Assembly (NCBI RefSeq): GCF_009914755.1
Contig: NC_060939.1
Length of the DNA: 64,000 bases
From: the human T2T-CHM13v2.0 reference genome, Homo sapiens
Strand: one strand, 5' to 3'
Below, piece after piece: positions 15,801 through 30,559 of the stretch. The position numbers were made by a program, and so were the translations under genes. The notes beneath the pieces were generated by a model that was not told where the DNA came from, ran no database searches, and saw only the letters and a program-made list of their open reading frames with translations. The stretch's first letter is position 1, and each line of letters opens with the position of its first letter.

Positions 15801-18029
15801 TGAATTATATACTGTACATAAAATATGAAAGTACATCAAATATATATTTTATTCTGTACATAAAATATCAAAGTACACCAGATATATATTCTATAGTGTA
15901 CATAAAATATCAAATTACCCAAACTATACATTATAAACTGTACATAAAATATGAAATTATATGAAATATATATTATATTAGGTACATAAAATATGAAAGT
16001 ACATCAAATATAGATCTCATACTGTACATAAAATATCAAAATACCCCAAATATATATTATATACTCTACATGAAATATCAAAGTTCACAAACTATATATT
16101 ATATACTGTACATAAAATATCAAAGTACCCAAGGTATATATTCTATACTGTACAAAAAATATCAAAGTATCCAAAGCATGTATTATATACTGTATATAAA
16201 ATATGAAAGTAGATTAAATATATATTTTATTCTGTACATAAAATATCAAAGTACACCAGATATATATTCTATAGTGTACATAAAATAACAAAGTACACAA
16301 ACTATAAATTATATACTGTACATAAAATATGAAATTACATCAAATGTATATTATATTAGGTACATAAAATATGAAAGTACATCAAATATAGATCTTATAC
16401 TGTACATAAAATATCAAAGTACCCCAAATATATATTTTATACTCTACATGAAATATCAAAGTTCACAAACTATATGTTATATACTGTACATAAAATATCA
16501 AAGTACCCAAGGTATATATTCTATATTGTACAAAAAATATCAAAGTACCCAAAGCATGTATTATATACTGTATATAAAATATGAAAATACATTAAATATA
16601 TATTTTATTCTGTACATAAAATATCAAAGTACACCAGATATATATTCTATAGTGTACATAAAATATCAAAGTACCCAAACTATACATTATATACTGTACA
16701 TAAATATGAGATTACATCAAATATACATTATATTAGGTACATAAAATATGAAAGTACATCAGATATAGATTATATACTGTACATAAAATATCAATGTACC
16801 CCAAATATATATTTTATACTCTACATGAAATATCAAAGTTCTCAAACTATATATTATATACTGTACATAAAATATCAAAGTACCCAAGGTATATATTCTA
16901 TATTGTACAAAAAATATCAAAGTACCCAAAGCATGTATTATATACTGTATATAAAATATGAAAATACATTAAATATATATTTTATTCTGTACATAAAATA
17001 TCAAAGTACACCAGATATATATTCTATAGTGTACATAAAATAACAAAGTACACAAACTATAAATTATATACTGTACGTAAAATATGAAATTACATGAAGT
17101 ATATATTAGGTACATAAAATATGAAAGTACATCAAATATAGATTATATACTGTACATATAATATCAATGTACCCCAAATATATATTTTATACTCTACATG
17201 AAATATCAAAGTTCACAAACCATACATTATGTACTGAACATAAAATATCAAAGTACACAAGGTATATATTCTATACTGTACAAAAAATATCAAAGTACCC
17301 AAAGCATGTATTATATACTGTACATAAAATATGAAAGTACATCAAATATATATTTTATTCTGTACATAAAATATCAAAGTACACCAGATATATATTCTAT
17401 AGTGTACATAAAATATCAAAGTACCCAAACTATACATTATATACTGTACATAAAACATGAAATTACATCAAATATATATTAGGCACATAAAATATGAAAG
17501 TACATCAAATACAGATTATATACTGTACATAAAATATCAAAGTACCCAAGGTATATATTCTATACTGTACAAAAAATATCAAAGTACCCAAAGCATGTAT
17601 TATATACTGTATATAAAATATGAAAGTACATCAAATATATATTTTATTCTGTACATAAAATATCAAAGTACACCAGATATATATTCTATAGTGTACATAA
17701 AATATCAAAGTACCCAAACTATACATTATATTCTGTACATAAAATATGAAATTACATCAAATATATATTAGGTACATAAAATATGAAAGTACATCAAATA
17801 TAGATTATATACTGTACATAAAATATCAAAGTACCCCAAATATATATTATATACTCTACATGAAATATCAAAGTTCACAAACTATTTATTATATACTGTA
17901 CATAAAATATGAAATTACATCAAATATATTTTATATTAGGTACATAAAATATGAAAGTACATCAAATATAGATTATATACTGTACATTAAATACCAAAGT
18001 ACCCCAAATATATATTTTATTCTCTACAT

Positions 18030-21000
18030 GAAATATCAAAGTTCACAAACTATATATTATATACTGTACATAAAATATCAAAGTAACCAAGGTATATATT
18101 CTATACTGTACAAAAAATATCAAAGTATCCAAAGCATGTATTATATACTGTATATAAAATATGAAAGTACATTCAATATATATTTTATTCTGTACATAAA
18201 ATATCAAAGTACACCAGATATATATTCTATAGTGTACATAAAATATCAAAGTACCCAAACTATACATTATATACTGTACATAAAATATGTAATTACATCA
18301 AAAATATATTATATTAGGTACATAAAATATGAAAGTACATCAAATATCGATTATATACTGTACATAAAATATCAAAGTACCCCAAATATATATTATATAC
18401 TCTACATGAAATATCAAAGTTCACAAACTATATATTATATACTGTACATAAAATATCAAAGTACCCAAGGTATGTATTCTATACTGTCCAAAAAATATCA
18501 AAGTATCCAAAGCATGTATTACATACTGTATATAAAATATGAAAGTACATTAAATATATATTTTATTCTGTACATAAAATATCAAAGTACACCAGATATA
18601 TATTCTATAGTGTACATAAAATAACAAAGTACACAAACTATAAATTATATACTGTACATAAAATATGAAATTACATCAAATATATATTAGGTACATAAAA
18701 TATGAAAGTACATCAAATATAGATTATATACTGCACATATAATATCAATGTACCCCAAATATATATTTTATACTCTACATGAAATATCAAAGTTCACAAA
18801 CCATACATTATATACTGTACATAAAATATCAAAGTACCCAAGGTATATATTCTATACTGTACAAAAAATATCAAAGTACCCAAAGCATGTATTATATACT
18901 GTACATAAAATATGAAAGTACATCAAATATATATTTTATTCTGTACATAAAATATCAAAGTACACCAGATATATATTCTATAGTGTACATAAAATATCAA
19001 AGTACCCAAACTATACATTATACACTGTACATAAAATATGAAATTACATCAAATATATATTAGGTACATTAAATATGAAAGTACATCAAATATAGATTAT
19101 ATACTGTACATAAAATATCAATGTACCCCAAATATATATTATATACTCTACATGAAATATCAAAGTTCACAAACTATATATTATATACTGTAAATAAAAT
19201 ATCAAAGTACCCAAGGTATATATTCTATACTGTACAAAAAATATCAAAGTACCCAAAGCATGTATTATATACTGTACATAAAATATGAAAGTACATCAAA
19301 TATATATTTTATTCTGTACATAAAATATCAAAGTACACCAGATATATATTCTATAGTGTACATAAAATATCAAAGTACCCAAACTATACATTATATACTG
19401 TACATAAAATATGAAATTACATCAAATATATATTATATTAGGTACATAAAATATGAAAGCACATCAAATATAGATTATATACTGTACATTAAATACCAAA
19501 GTACCCCAAATATATATTTTATTCTGTACATCAAATATCAAAGTTCACAAACTATATATTATATACTGTACATAAAATATCAAAGTACCCATGGTATATA
19601 TTCTACACTGTACAAAAAATATCAAAGTACCCAAAGCATGTATTATATACTGTATATAAAATATGAAAGTACATCACATATATATTTTATTCTGTACATA
19701 AAATATCAAAGTACACCAGATATATATTCTATAGTGTACATAAAATAACAAAGTTCAAAAACTATAAATTATATGCTGTACATAAAAATGAAATTACATC
19801 AAATATATATTTGGTACATAAAATATGAAAGTACATCAAATATAGATTATATACTGTACATAAAATATCAAAGTACCTAAGGTATATATTCTATACTGTA
19901 CAAAAAATATCAAAGTACCCAAAGCATGTATTATATACTGTACATAAAATATGAAACTACATCAAATATATATTTTATTCTGTACATAAAATATCAAAGT
20001 ACACCAGATATATATTCTATAGTGTACATAAAATATCAACGTACCCAAACTATACATTATACACTGTACATAAAATATGAAATTACATCAAATATATATT
20101 ATATTAGGTACATAAAATATGAAAGTACATCAAATATAGATTATATACTGTACATAAAATACCAAAGTACCCCAAATATATATTTTATACTGTACATGAA
20201 ATATCAAAGTTCACACACTATATATTATACACTGTACATAAAATATCAAAGTACCCAAGGTATATATTCTATATTATACAAAAAATATCAAAGTACGCAA
20301 AGCATGTATTATATACTGTACATAAAATATGAAAGTACATCAAATATATATTTTATACTGTACATAAAATATCAAAGTACACCAGATATATATTCTATAG
20401 TGTACATAAAATATCAAAGTACCCAAACTATACATTATATACTGTACATAAAATATGAAATTACATCAAATATATATTATATTAGGTACATAAAATATGA
20501 AAGTACATCAAATATAGATTATATACTGCACATAAAATATCAAAGTACCCCAAATATATATTATATACTCTATATGAAATATCAAAGTTCACAAACTATA
20601 TATTATATACTGTACATAAAATATCAAAGTAACCAAGGTATATATTCTATACTGTACAAAAAATATCAAAGTATCCAAAGCATGTATTATATACTGTATA
20701 TAAAATATGAAAGTACATTCAATATATATTTTATTCTGTACATAAAATATCAAAGTACACCAGATATATATTCTATAGTGTACATAAAATATCAAAGTAC
20801 CCAAACTATACATTATATACTGTACATAAAATATGTAATTACATCAAAAATATATTATATTAGGTACATAAAATATGAAAGTACATCAAATATCGATTAT
20901 ATACTGTACATAAAATATCAAAGTACCCCAAATATATATTATATACTCTACATGAAATATCAAAGTTCACAAACTATATATTATATACTGTACATAAAAT

Positions 21001-24000
21001 ATCAAAGTACCCAAGGTATGTATTCTATACTGTCCAAAAAATATCAAAGTATCCAAAGCATGTATTACATACTGTATATAAAATATGAAAGTACATTAAA
21101 TATATATTTTATTCTGTACATAAAATATCAAAGTACACCAGATATATATTCTATAGTGTACATAAAATAACAAAGTACACAAACTATAAATTATATACTG
21201 TACATAAAATATGAAATTACATCAAATATATATTAGGTACATAAAATATGAAAGTACATCAAATATAGATTATATACTGCACATATAATATCAATGTACC
21301 CCAAATATATATTTTATACTCTACATGAAATATCAAAGTTCACAAACCATACATTATATACTGTACATAAAATATCAAAGTACCCAAGGTATATATTCTA
21401 TACTGTACAAAAAATATCAAAGTACCCAAAGCATGTATTATATACTGTACATAAAATATGAAAGTACATCAAATATATATTTTATTCTGTACATAAAATA
21501 TCAAAGTACACCAGATATATATTCTATAGTGTACATAAAATATCAAAGTACCCAAACTATACATTATACACTGTACATAAAATATGAAATTACATCAAAT
21601 ATATATTAGGTACATTAAATATGAAAGTACATCAAATATAGATTATATACTGTACATAAAATATCAATGTACCCCAAATATATATTATATACTCTACATG
21701 AAATATCAAAGTTCACAAACTATATATTATATACTGTAAATAAAATATCAAAGTACCCAAGGTATATATTCTATACTGTACAAAAAATATCAAAGTACCC
21801 AAAGCATGTATTATATACTGTACATAAAATATGAAAGTACATCAAATATATATTTTATTCTGTACATAAAATATCAAAGTACACCAGATATATATTCTAT
21901 AGTGTACATAAAATATCAAAGTACCCAAACTATACATTATATACTGTACATAAAATATGAAATTACATCAAATATATATTATATTAGGTACATAAAATAT
22001 GAAAGCACATCAAATATAGATTATATACTGTACATTAAATACCAAAGTACCCCAAATATATATTTTATTCTGTGCATCAAATATCAAAGTTCACAAACTA
22101 TATATTATATACTGTACATAAAATATCAAAGTACCCATGGTATATATTCTACACTGTACAAAAAATATCAAAGTACCCAAAGCATGTATTATATACTGTA
22201 TATAAAATATGAAAGTACATCACATATATATTTTATTCTGTACATAAAATATCAAAGTACACCAGATATATATTCTATAGTGTACATAAAATAACAAAGT
22301 TCAAAAACTATAAATTATATGCTGTACATAAAAATGAAATTACATCAAATATATATTTGGTACATAAAATATGAAAGTACATCAAATATAGATTATATAC
22401 TGTACATAAAATATCAAAGTACCTAAGGTATATATTCTATACTGTACAAAAAATATCAAAGTACCCAAAGCATGTATTATATACTGTACATAAAATATGA
22501 AACTACATCAAATATATATTTTATTCTGTACATAAAATATCAAAGTACACCAGATATATATTCTATAGTGTACATAAAATATCAACGTACCCAAACTATA
22601 CATTATACACTGTACATAAAATATGAAATTACATCAAATATATATTATATTAGGTACATAAAATATGAAAGTACATCAAATATAGATTATATACTGTACA
22701 TAAAATACCAAAGTACCCCAAATATATATTTTATACTGTACATGAAATATCAAAGTTCACACACTATATATTATACACTGTACATAAAATATCAAAGTAC
22801 CCAAGGTATATATTCTATATTATACAAAAAATATCAAAGTACGCAAAGCATGTATTATATACTGTACATAAAATATGAAAGTACATCAAATATATATTTT
22901 ATACTGTACATAAAATATCAAAGTACACCAGATATATATTCTATAGTGTACATAAAATATCAAAGTACCCAAACTATACATTATATACTGTACATAAAAT
23001 ATGAAATTACATCAAATATATATTATATTAGGTACATAAAATATGAAAGTACATCAAATATAGATTATATACTGCACATAAAATATCAAAGTACCCCAAA
23101 TATATATTATATACTCTATATGAAATATCAAAGTTCACAAACTATATATTATATACTGTACATAAAATATCAAAGTAACCAAGGTATATATTCTATACTG
23201 TACAAAAAATATCAAAGTATCCAAAGCATGTATTATATACTGTATATAAAATATGAAAGTACATTCAATATATATTTTATTCTGTACATAAAATATCAAA
23301 GTACACCAGATATATATTCTATAGTGTACATAAAATATCAAAGTACCCAAACTATACATTATATACTGTACATAAAATATGTAATTACATCAAAAATATA
23401 TTATATTAGGTACATAAAATATGAAAGTACATCAAATATCCATTATATACTGTACATAAAATATCAAAGTACCCCAAATATATATTATATACTCTACATG
23501 AAATATCAAAGTTCACAAACTATATATTATATACTGTACATAAAATATCAAAGTACCCAAGGTATGTATTCTATACTGTCCAAAAAATATCAAAGTATCC
23601 AAAGCATGTATTACATACTGTATATAAAATATGAAAGTACATTAAATATATATTTTATTCTGTACATAAAATATCAAAGTACACCAGATATATATTCTAT
23701 AGTGTACATAAAATAACAAAGTACACAAACTATAAATTATATACTGTACATAAAATATGAAATTACATCAAATATATATTAGGTACATAAAATATGAAAG
23801 TACATCAAATATAGATTATATACTGCACATATAATATCAATGTACCCCAAATATATATTTTATACTCTACATGAAATATCAAAGTTCACAAACCATACAT
23901 TATATACTGTACATAAAATATCAAAGTACCCAAGGTATATATTCTATACTGTACAAAAAATATCAAAGTACCCAAAGCATGTATTATATACTGTACATAA

Positions 24001-24760
24001 AATATGAAAGTACATCAAATATATATTTTATTCTGTACATAAAATATCAAAGTACACCAGATATATATTCTATAGTGTACATAAAATATCAAAGTACCCA
24101 AACTATACATTATACACTGTACATAAAATATGAAATTACATCAAATATATATTAGGTACATTAAATATGAAAGTACATCAAATATAGATTATATACTGTA
24201 CATAAAATATCAAAGTACCCCAAATATATATTATATACTCTACATGAAATATCAAAGTTCACAAACTATATATTATATACTGTAAATAAAATATCAAAGT
24301 ACCCAAGGTATATATTCTATACTGTACAAAAAATATCAAAGTACCCAAAGCATGTATTATATACTGTACATAAAATATGAAAGTACATCAAATATATATT
24401 TTATTCTGTACATAAAATATCAAAGTACACCAGATATATATTCTATAGTGTACATAAAATATCAAAGTACCCAAACTATACATTATATACTGTACATAAA
24501 ATATGAAATTACATCAAATATATATTATATTAGGTACATAAAATATGAAAGCACATCAAATATAGATTATATACTGTACATTAAATACCAAAGTACCCCA
24601 AATATATATTTTATTCTGTGCATCAAATATCAAAGTTCACAAACTATATATTATATACTGTACATAAAATATCAAAGTACCCATGGTATATATTCTACAC
24701 TGTACAAAAAATATCAAAATACCCAAAGCATGTATTATATACTGTATATAAAATATGAAA
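18030..24760 (+). repeat. 2546-bp super-repeat, about 2.6 near-identical tandem copies (61 monomers each)
   Basis: Near-identical ORFs at a constant 2546 offset: 18043/20589/23135, 18779/21325/23871, 19260/21806/24352, 19926/22472. 2546 = 7x378 - 84 - 3x5 - 1, and each deletion is visible in the sequence. Confidence 0.92.
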
Positions 24761-27700
24761 GTACATCAAATATATATTTTATACTGTATATAAAATATCA
24801 AAGTACACCAGATATATATTCTATAGTGTACATAAAATATCAAAGTACCCAAACTATACATTATATACTGTACATAAAATATGAAATTACATCAAATATA
24901 TATTATATTAGGTACATAAAATATGAAAGTACATCAAATATAGATTATATACTGTACATAAAATATCAAAGTACCCCAAATATATATTATATACTCTACA
25001 TGAAATATCAAAGTTCACAAACTATATATTATATACTGTACATAAAATATCAAAGTAACCAAGGTATATATTCTATACTGTACAAAAAATATCAAAGTAT
25101 CCAAAGCATGTATTATATACTGTATATAAAATATGAAAGTACATTCAATATATATTTTATTCTGTACATAAAATATCAAAGTACACCAGATATATATTCT
25201 ATAGTGTACATAAAATAACAAAGTACACAAACTATAAATTATATACTGTACATAAAATGTGAAATTACATCAAATATATATTAGGTACATAAAATATGAA
25301 AGTACATCAAATATAGATTATATACTGTACATAAAATATCAATGTATCCCAAATATATATTTTATACTCTACATGAAATATCAAAGTTCACAAACCATAT
25401 ATTATATACTGTACATAAAATATCAAAGTACCCAAGGTATATATTCTATACTGTACAAAAAATATCAAAGTACCCAAAGCATGTATTATATACTGTACAT
25501 AAAATATGAAAGTACATCAAATATATATTTTATTCTGTACATAAAATATCAAAGTACACCAGATATATATTCTATAGTGTACATAAAATAACAAAGTACA
25601 CAAACTATACATTATACACTGTACATAAAATATGAAATTACATCAAATATATATTAGGTACATTAAATATGAAAGTACATCAAATATAGATTATATACTG
25701 TACATAAAATATCAAAGTACCCCAAATATATATTATATTCTCTACATGAAATATCAAAGTTCACAAACTATATATTATATACTGTACATAAAATATCAAA
25801 GTACCCAAGGTATATATTCTATACTGTACAAAAAATATCAAAGTACCCAAAGCATGTATTATATACTGTACATAAAATATGAAAATACATCAAATATATA
25901 TTTTATTCTGTACATAAAATATCAAAGTACACCAGATATATATTCTATAGTGTACATAAAATATCAAAATACCCAAACTATACATTATATACTGTACATA
26001 AAATATGAAATTACATCAAATATATATTATATTAGGTACATAAAATATGAAAGCACATCAAATATAGATTATATACTGTACATTAAATACCAAAGTACCC
26101 CAAATATATATTTTATTCTGTACATCAAATATCAAAGTTCACAAACTATATATTATATACTGTACATAAAATATCAAAGTACCCATGGTATATATTCTAC
26201 ACTGTACAAAAAATATCAAAGTACCCAAAGCATGTATTACATACTGTATATAAAATATGAAAGTACATCACATATATATTTTATTCTATACATAAAATAT
26301 CAAAGTACACCAGATATATATTCTATAGTGTACATAAAATAACAAAGTTCAAAAACTATGAATTATATGCTGTACATAAATATGAAATTACATCAAATAT
26401 ATATTAGGTACATAAAATATGAAAGTACATCAAATATAGATTATATACTGTACATAAAATATCAATGTACCCCAAATATATATTTTATACTCTACATGAA
26501 ATATGAAAGTTCACAAACCATATATTATATACTGTACATAAAATATCAAAGTACCCAAGGTATATATTCTATACTGTACAAAAAATATCAAAGTACGCAA
26601 AGCATGTATTATATACTGTACATAAAATATGAAAGTACATCAAATATATATTTTATACTGTACATAAAATATCAAAGTACACCAGATATATATTCTATAG
26701 TGTACATAAAATATCAAAGTACCCAAACTATACATTATATACTGTACATAAAATATGAGATTACATCAAATATATATTAGGTACATAAAATATGAAAGTG
26801 CATCAAATATAGATTATATACTGTACATAAAATATCAATGTACCCCAAATATATATTTTATACTCTACATGAAATATCAAAGTTCACAAACCATATATTA
26901 TATACTGCACATAAAATATCAAAGTACCCAAGGTATATATTCTATACTGTATAAAAAATATCAAAGTACACAAAGCATGTATTATATACTGTACATAAAA
27001 TATGAAAGTACATCAAATATATATTTTATTCTGTACATAAAATATCAAAGTACACCAGATATATATTCTATACTGTACATAAAATAACAAAGTACACAAA
27101 CTATAAATTATATACTGTACATAAAATGTGAAATTACATCTAATATATATTAGGTACATAAAATATGAAAGCACATCAAATATAGATTATATACTGAACA
27201 TTAAGTACCAAAGTACCCCAAATATATATTTTATACTGTACATCAAATATCAAAGTTCACAAACTATATATTATATACTGTACATAAAATATCAAAGTAC
27301 CCATGGTATATATTCTATACTGTACAAAAAATATCAAAGTACCCAAAGCATGTATTATACACTGTACATAAAATATGAAAGTACATCAAATATATATTTT
27401 ATTCTGTACCTAAAATATCAAAGTACACCAGATATATATTCTATAGTGTACATAAAATATCAAAGTACCCAAACTATACATTATATACTGTACATAAAAT
27501 ATGAAATTACATCAAATATATATTAGGTACATAAAATATGAAAGTACATCAAATATAGATTATATACTGTACATAAAATATCAAAGTACCCCAAATATAT
27601 ATTATACACTCTACATGAAATATCAAAGTTCACAAACTAGATATTATATACTGTAAATAAAATATCAAAGTACCCAAGGTATATATTCTATACTGTACAA

Positions 27701-30559
27701 AAAATATCAAAGTACCCAAAGCATGTATTATATACTGTATATAAAATATGAAAGTACATCAAATATATATTTTATTCTGTACATAAAATATCAAAGTACA
27801 CCAGATATATATTCTATAGTGTACATAAAATAACAAAGTACACAAACTATAAATTATATACTGTACATAAAATATGAAATTACATGAAATATATATTAGG
27901 TACATAAAATATGAAAGTACATCAAATATAGATTATATACTGTACATAAAATATCAATGTACCCCAAATATATATTTTATACTCTACATGAAATATCAAA
28001 GTTCAGAAACCATATATTATATACTGTACATAAAATATCAAAGTACCCAAGGTATATATTCTATACTGTACAAAAAATATCAAAGTACTCAAAGCATGTA
28101 TTATATACTGTACATAAAATATGAAAGTACATCAAATATATATTTTATTCTGTACATAAAATATCAAAGTACACCAGATATATATTCTATAGTGTACATA
28201 AAATATCAAAGTACCCAAACTATACATTATACACTGTACATAAAATATGAAATTACATCAAATATATATTATATTAGGTACATAAAATATGAAACCACAT
28301 CAAATATAGATTATATACTGTACATTAAATACCAAAGTACCCCAAATATATATTTTATACTGTACATCAAAATCAAAGTTCACAAACTATATATTATATA
28401 CTGTACATAAAATATCAAAGTATCCATGGTATATATTCTATACTGTACAAAAAATATCAAAGTACCCAAAGCATGTATTATATACTGTTCATAAAATATG
28501 AAAGTACATCAAATATATATTTTATTCTGTACATAAAATATCAAAGTACACCAGATATATATTCTATGGTGTACATAAAATATCAAAGTACCCAAACTAT
28601 ACATTATATAATGTACATAAAATATGAAATTACATCAAATATATATTATATTAGGTACATAAAATATGAAAGTACATCAAATATAGATTATATACTGTAC
28701 ATAAAATATCAAAGTACCCCAAATATATATTATATACTCTACATGAAATATCAAAGTTCACAAACTATATATTATATACTATACATAAAATATAAAAGTA
28801 CCCAAGGTATATATTCTATACTGTACAAAAAATATCAAAGTACCCAAAGCATGTATTATATACTGTATATAAAATATGAAAGTACATTAAATATATATTT
28901 TATTCTGTTTATAAAATATCAAAGTACACCAGATATATATTCTATAGTGTACATAAAATAACAAAGTACACAAGCTATAAATTATATACTGTACATAAAA
29001 TATGAAATTACATCAAATATATACTAGGTACATAAAATATGAAAGTACATCAAATATAGATTATATACTGTACATATAATATCAATGTACCCCAAATATA
29101 TATTTTTTACTCTACATGAAATATCAAAGTTCACAAACCATACATTATATACTGTACATAAAATATCAAAGTACCCAAGGTATATATTCTATACTGTACA
29201 AAAAATATCAAAGTACCCAAAGCATGTATTATATACTGTACATAAAATATGAAAGTACATCAAATATATATTTTATTCTGTACATAAAATATCAAAGTAC
29301 ACCAGATATATATTCTATAGTGTACATAAAATATCAAAGTACCCAAACTATACATTATACACTGTACATAAAATATGAAATTACATCAAATATATATTAG
29401 GTACATTAAATATGAAAGTACATCAAATATAGATTACATACTGTACATAAAATATCAAAGTACCCCAAATATATATTATATACTCTACATGAAATATCAA
29501 AGTTCACAAACTATATATTATATACTGTACATAAAATATCAAAGTACACATGGTATATATTCTATACTGTACAAAAAATATCAAAGTACCCAAAGCATGT
29601 ATTATATACTGTATATAAAATATGAAAGTACATCAAATATATATTTTATTCTGTACATAAAATATCAAAGTACACCAGATATATATTCTATAGTGTACAT
29701 AAAATAACAAAGTACACAAACTATAAATTATATACTGTACATAAAATATGAAATTACATCAAATATATATTAGGTACATAAAATATGAAAGTACATCAAA
29801 TATAGATTATATACTGTACATAAAATATCAATGTACCCCAAATATATATTTTATACTGTACATCAAAATCAAAGTTCACAAACTATATATTATATACTGT
29901 ACATAAAATATCAAAGTATCCATGGTATATATTCTATACTGTACAAAAAATATCAAAGTACCCAAAGCATGTATTATATACTGTACATAAAATATGAAAG
30001 TACATCAAATATATATTTTATTCTGTACATAAAATATCAAAGTACACCAGATATATATTCTATAGTGTACATAAAATATCAAAGTACCCAAACTATACAT
30101 TATATACTGTACATAAAATATGAAATTACATCAAATATATACTACGTACATAAAATATGAAAGTACATCAAATATAGATTATATACTGTACATAAAATAT
30201 CAATGTATCCCAAATATATATTTTATACTCTACATGAAATATCAAAGTTCAGAAACCATATATTATATACTGTACATAAAATATCAAAGTACCCAAGGTA
30301 TATATTCTATACTGTACAAAAAATATCAAAGTACCCAAAGCATGTATTATATACTGTACATAAAATATGAAAGTACATCAAATATATATTTTATTCTGTA
30401 CAAAGAAATCAAAGTACACCAGACATATATTCTATAGTGTGCATAAAATATCAAAGTACCCAAATTATACATTATATACTGTACATAAAATATGAAATTA
30501 CATCAAATATATTTTATATTAGGTACATAAAATATGAAACTACATCAAATATAGATTAT

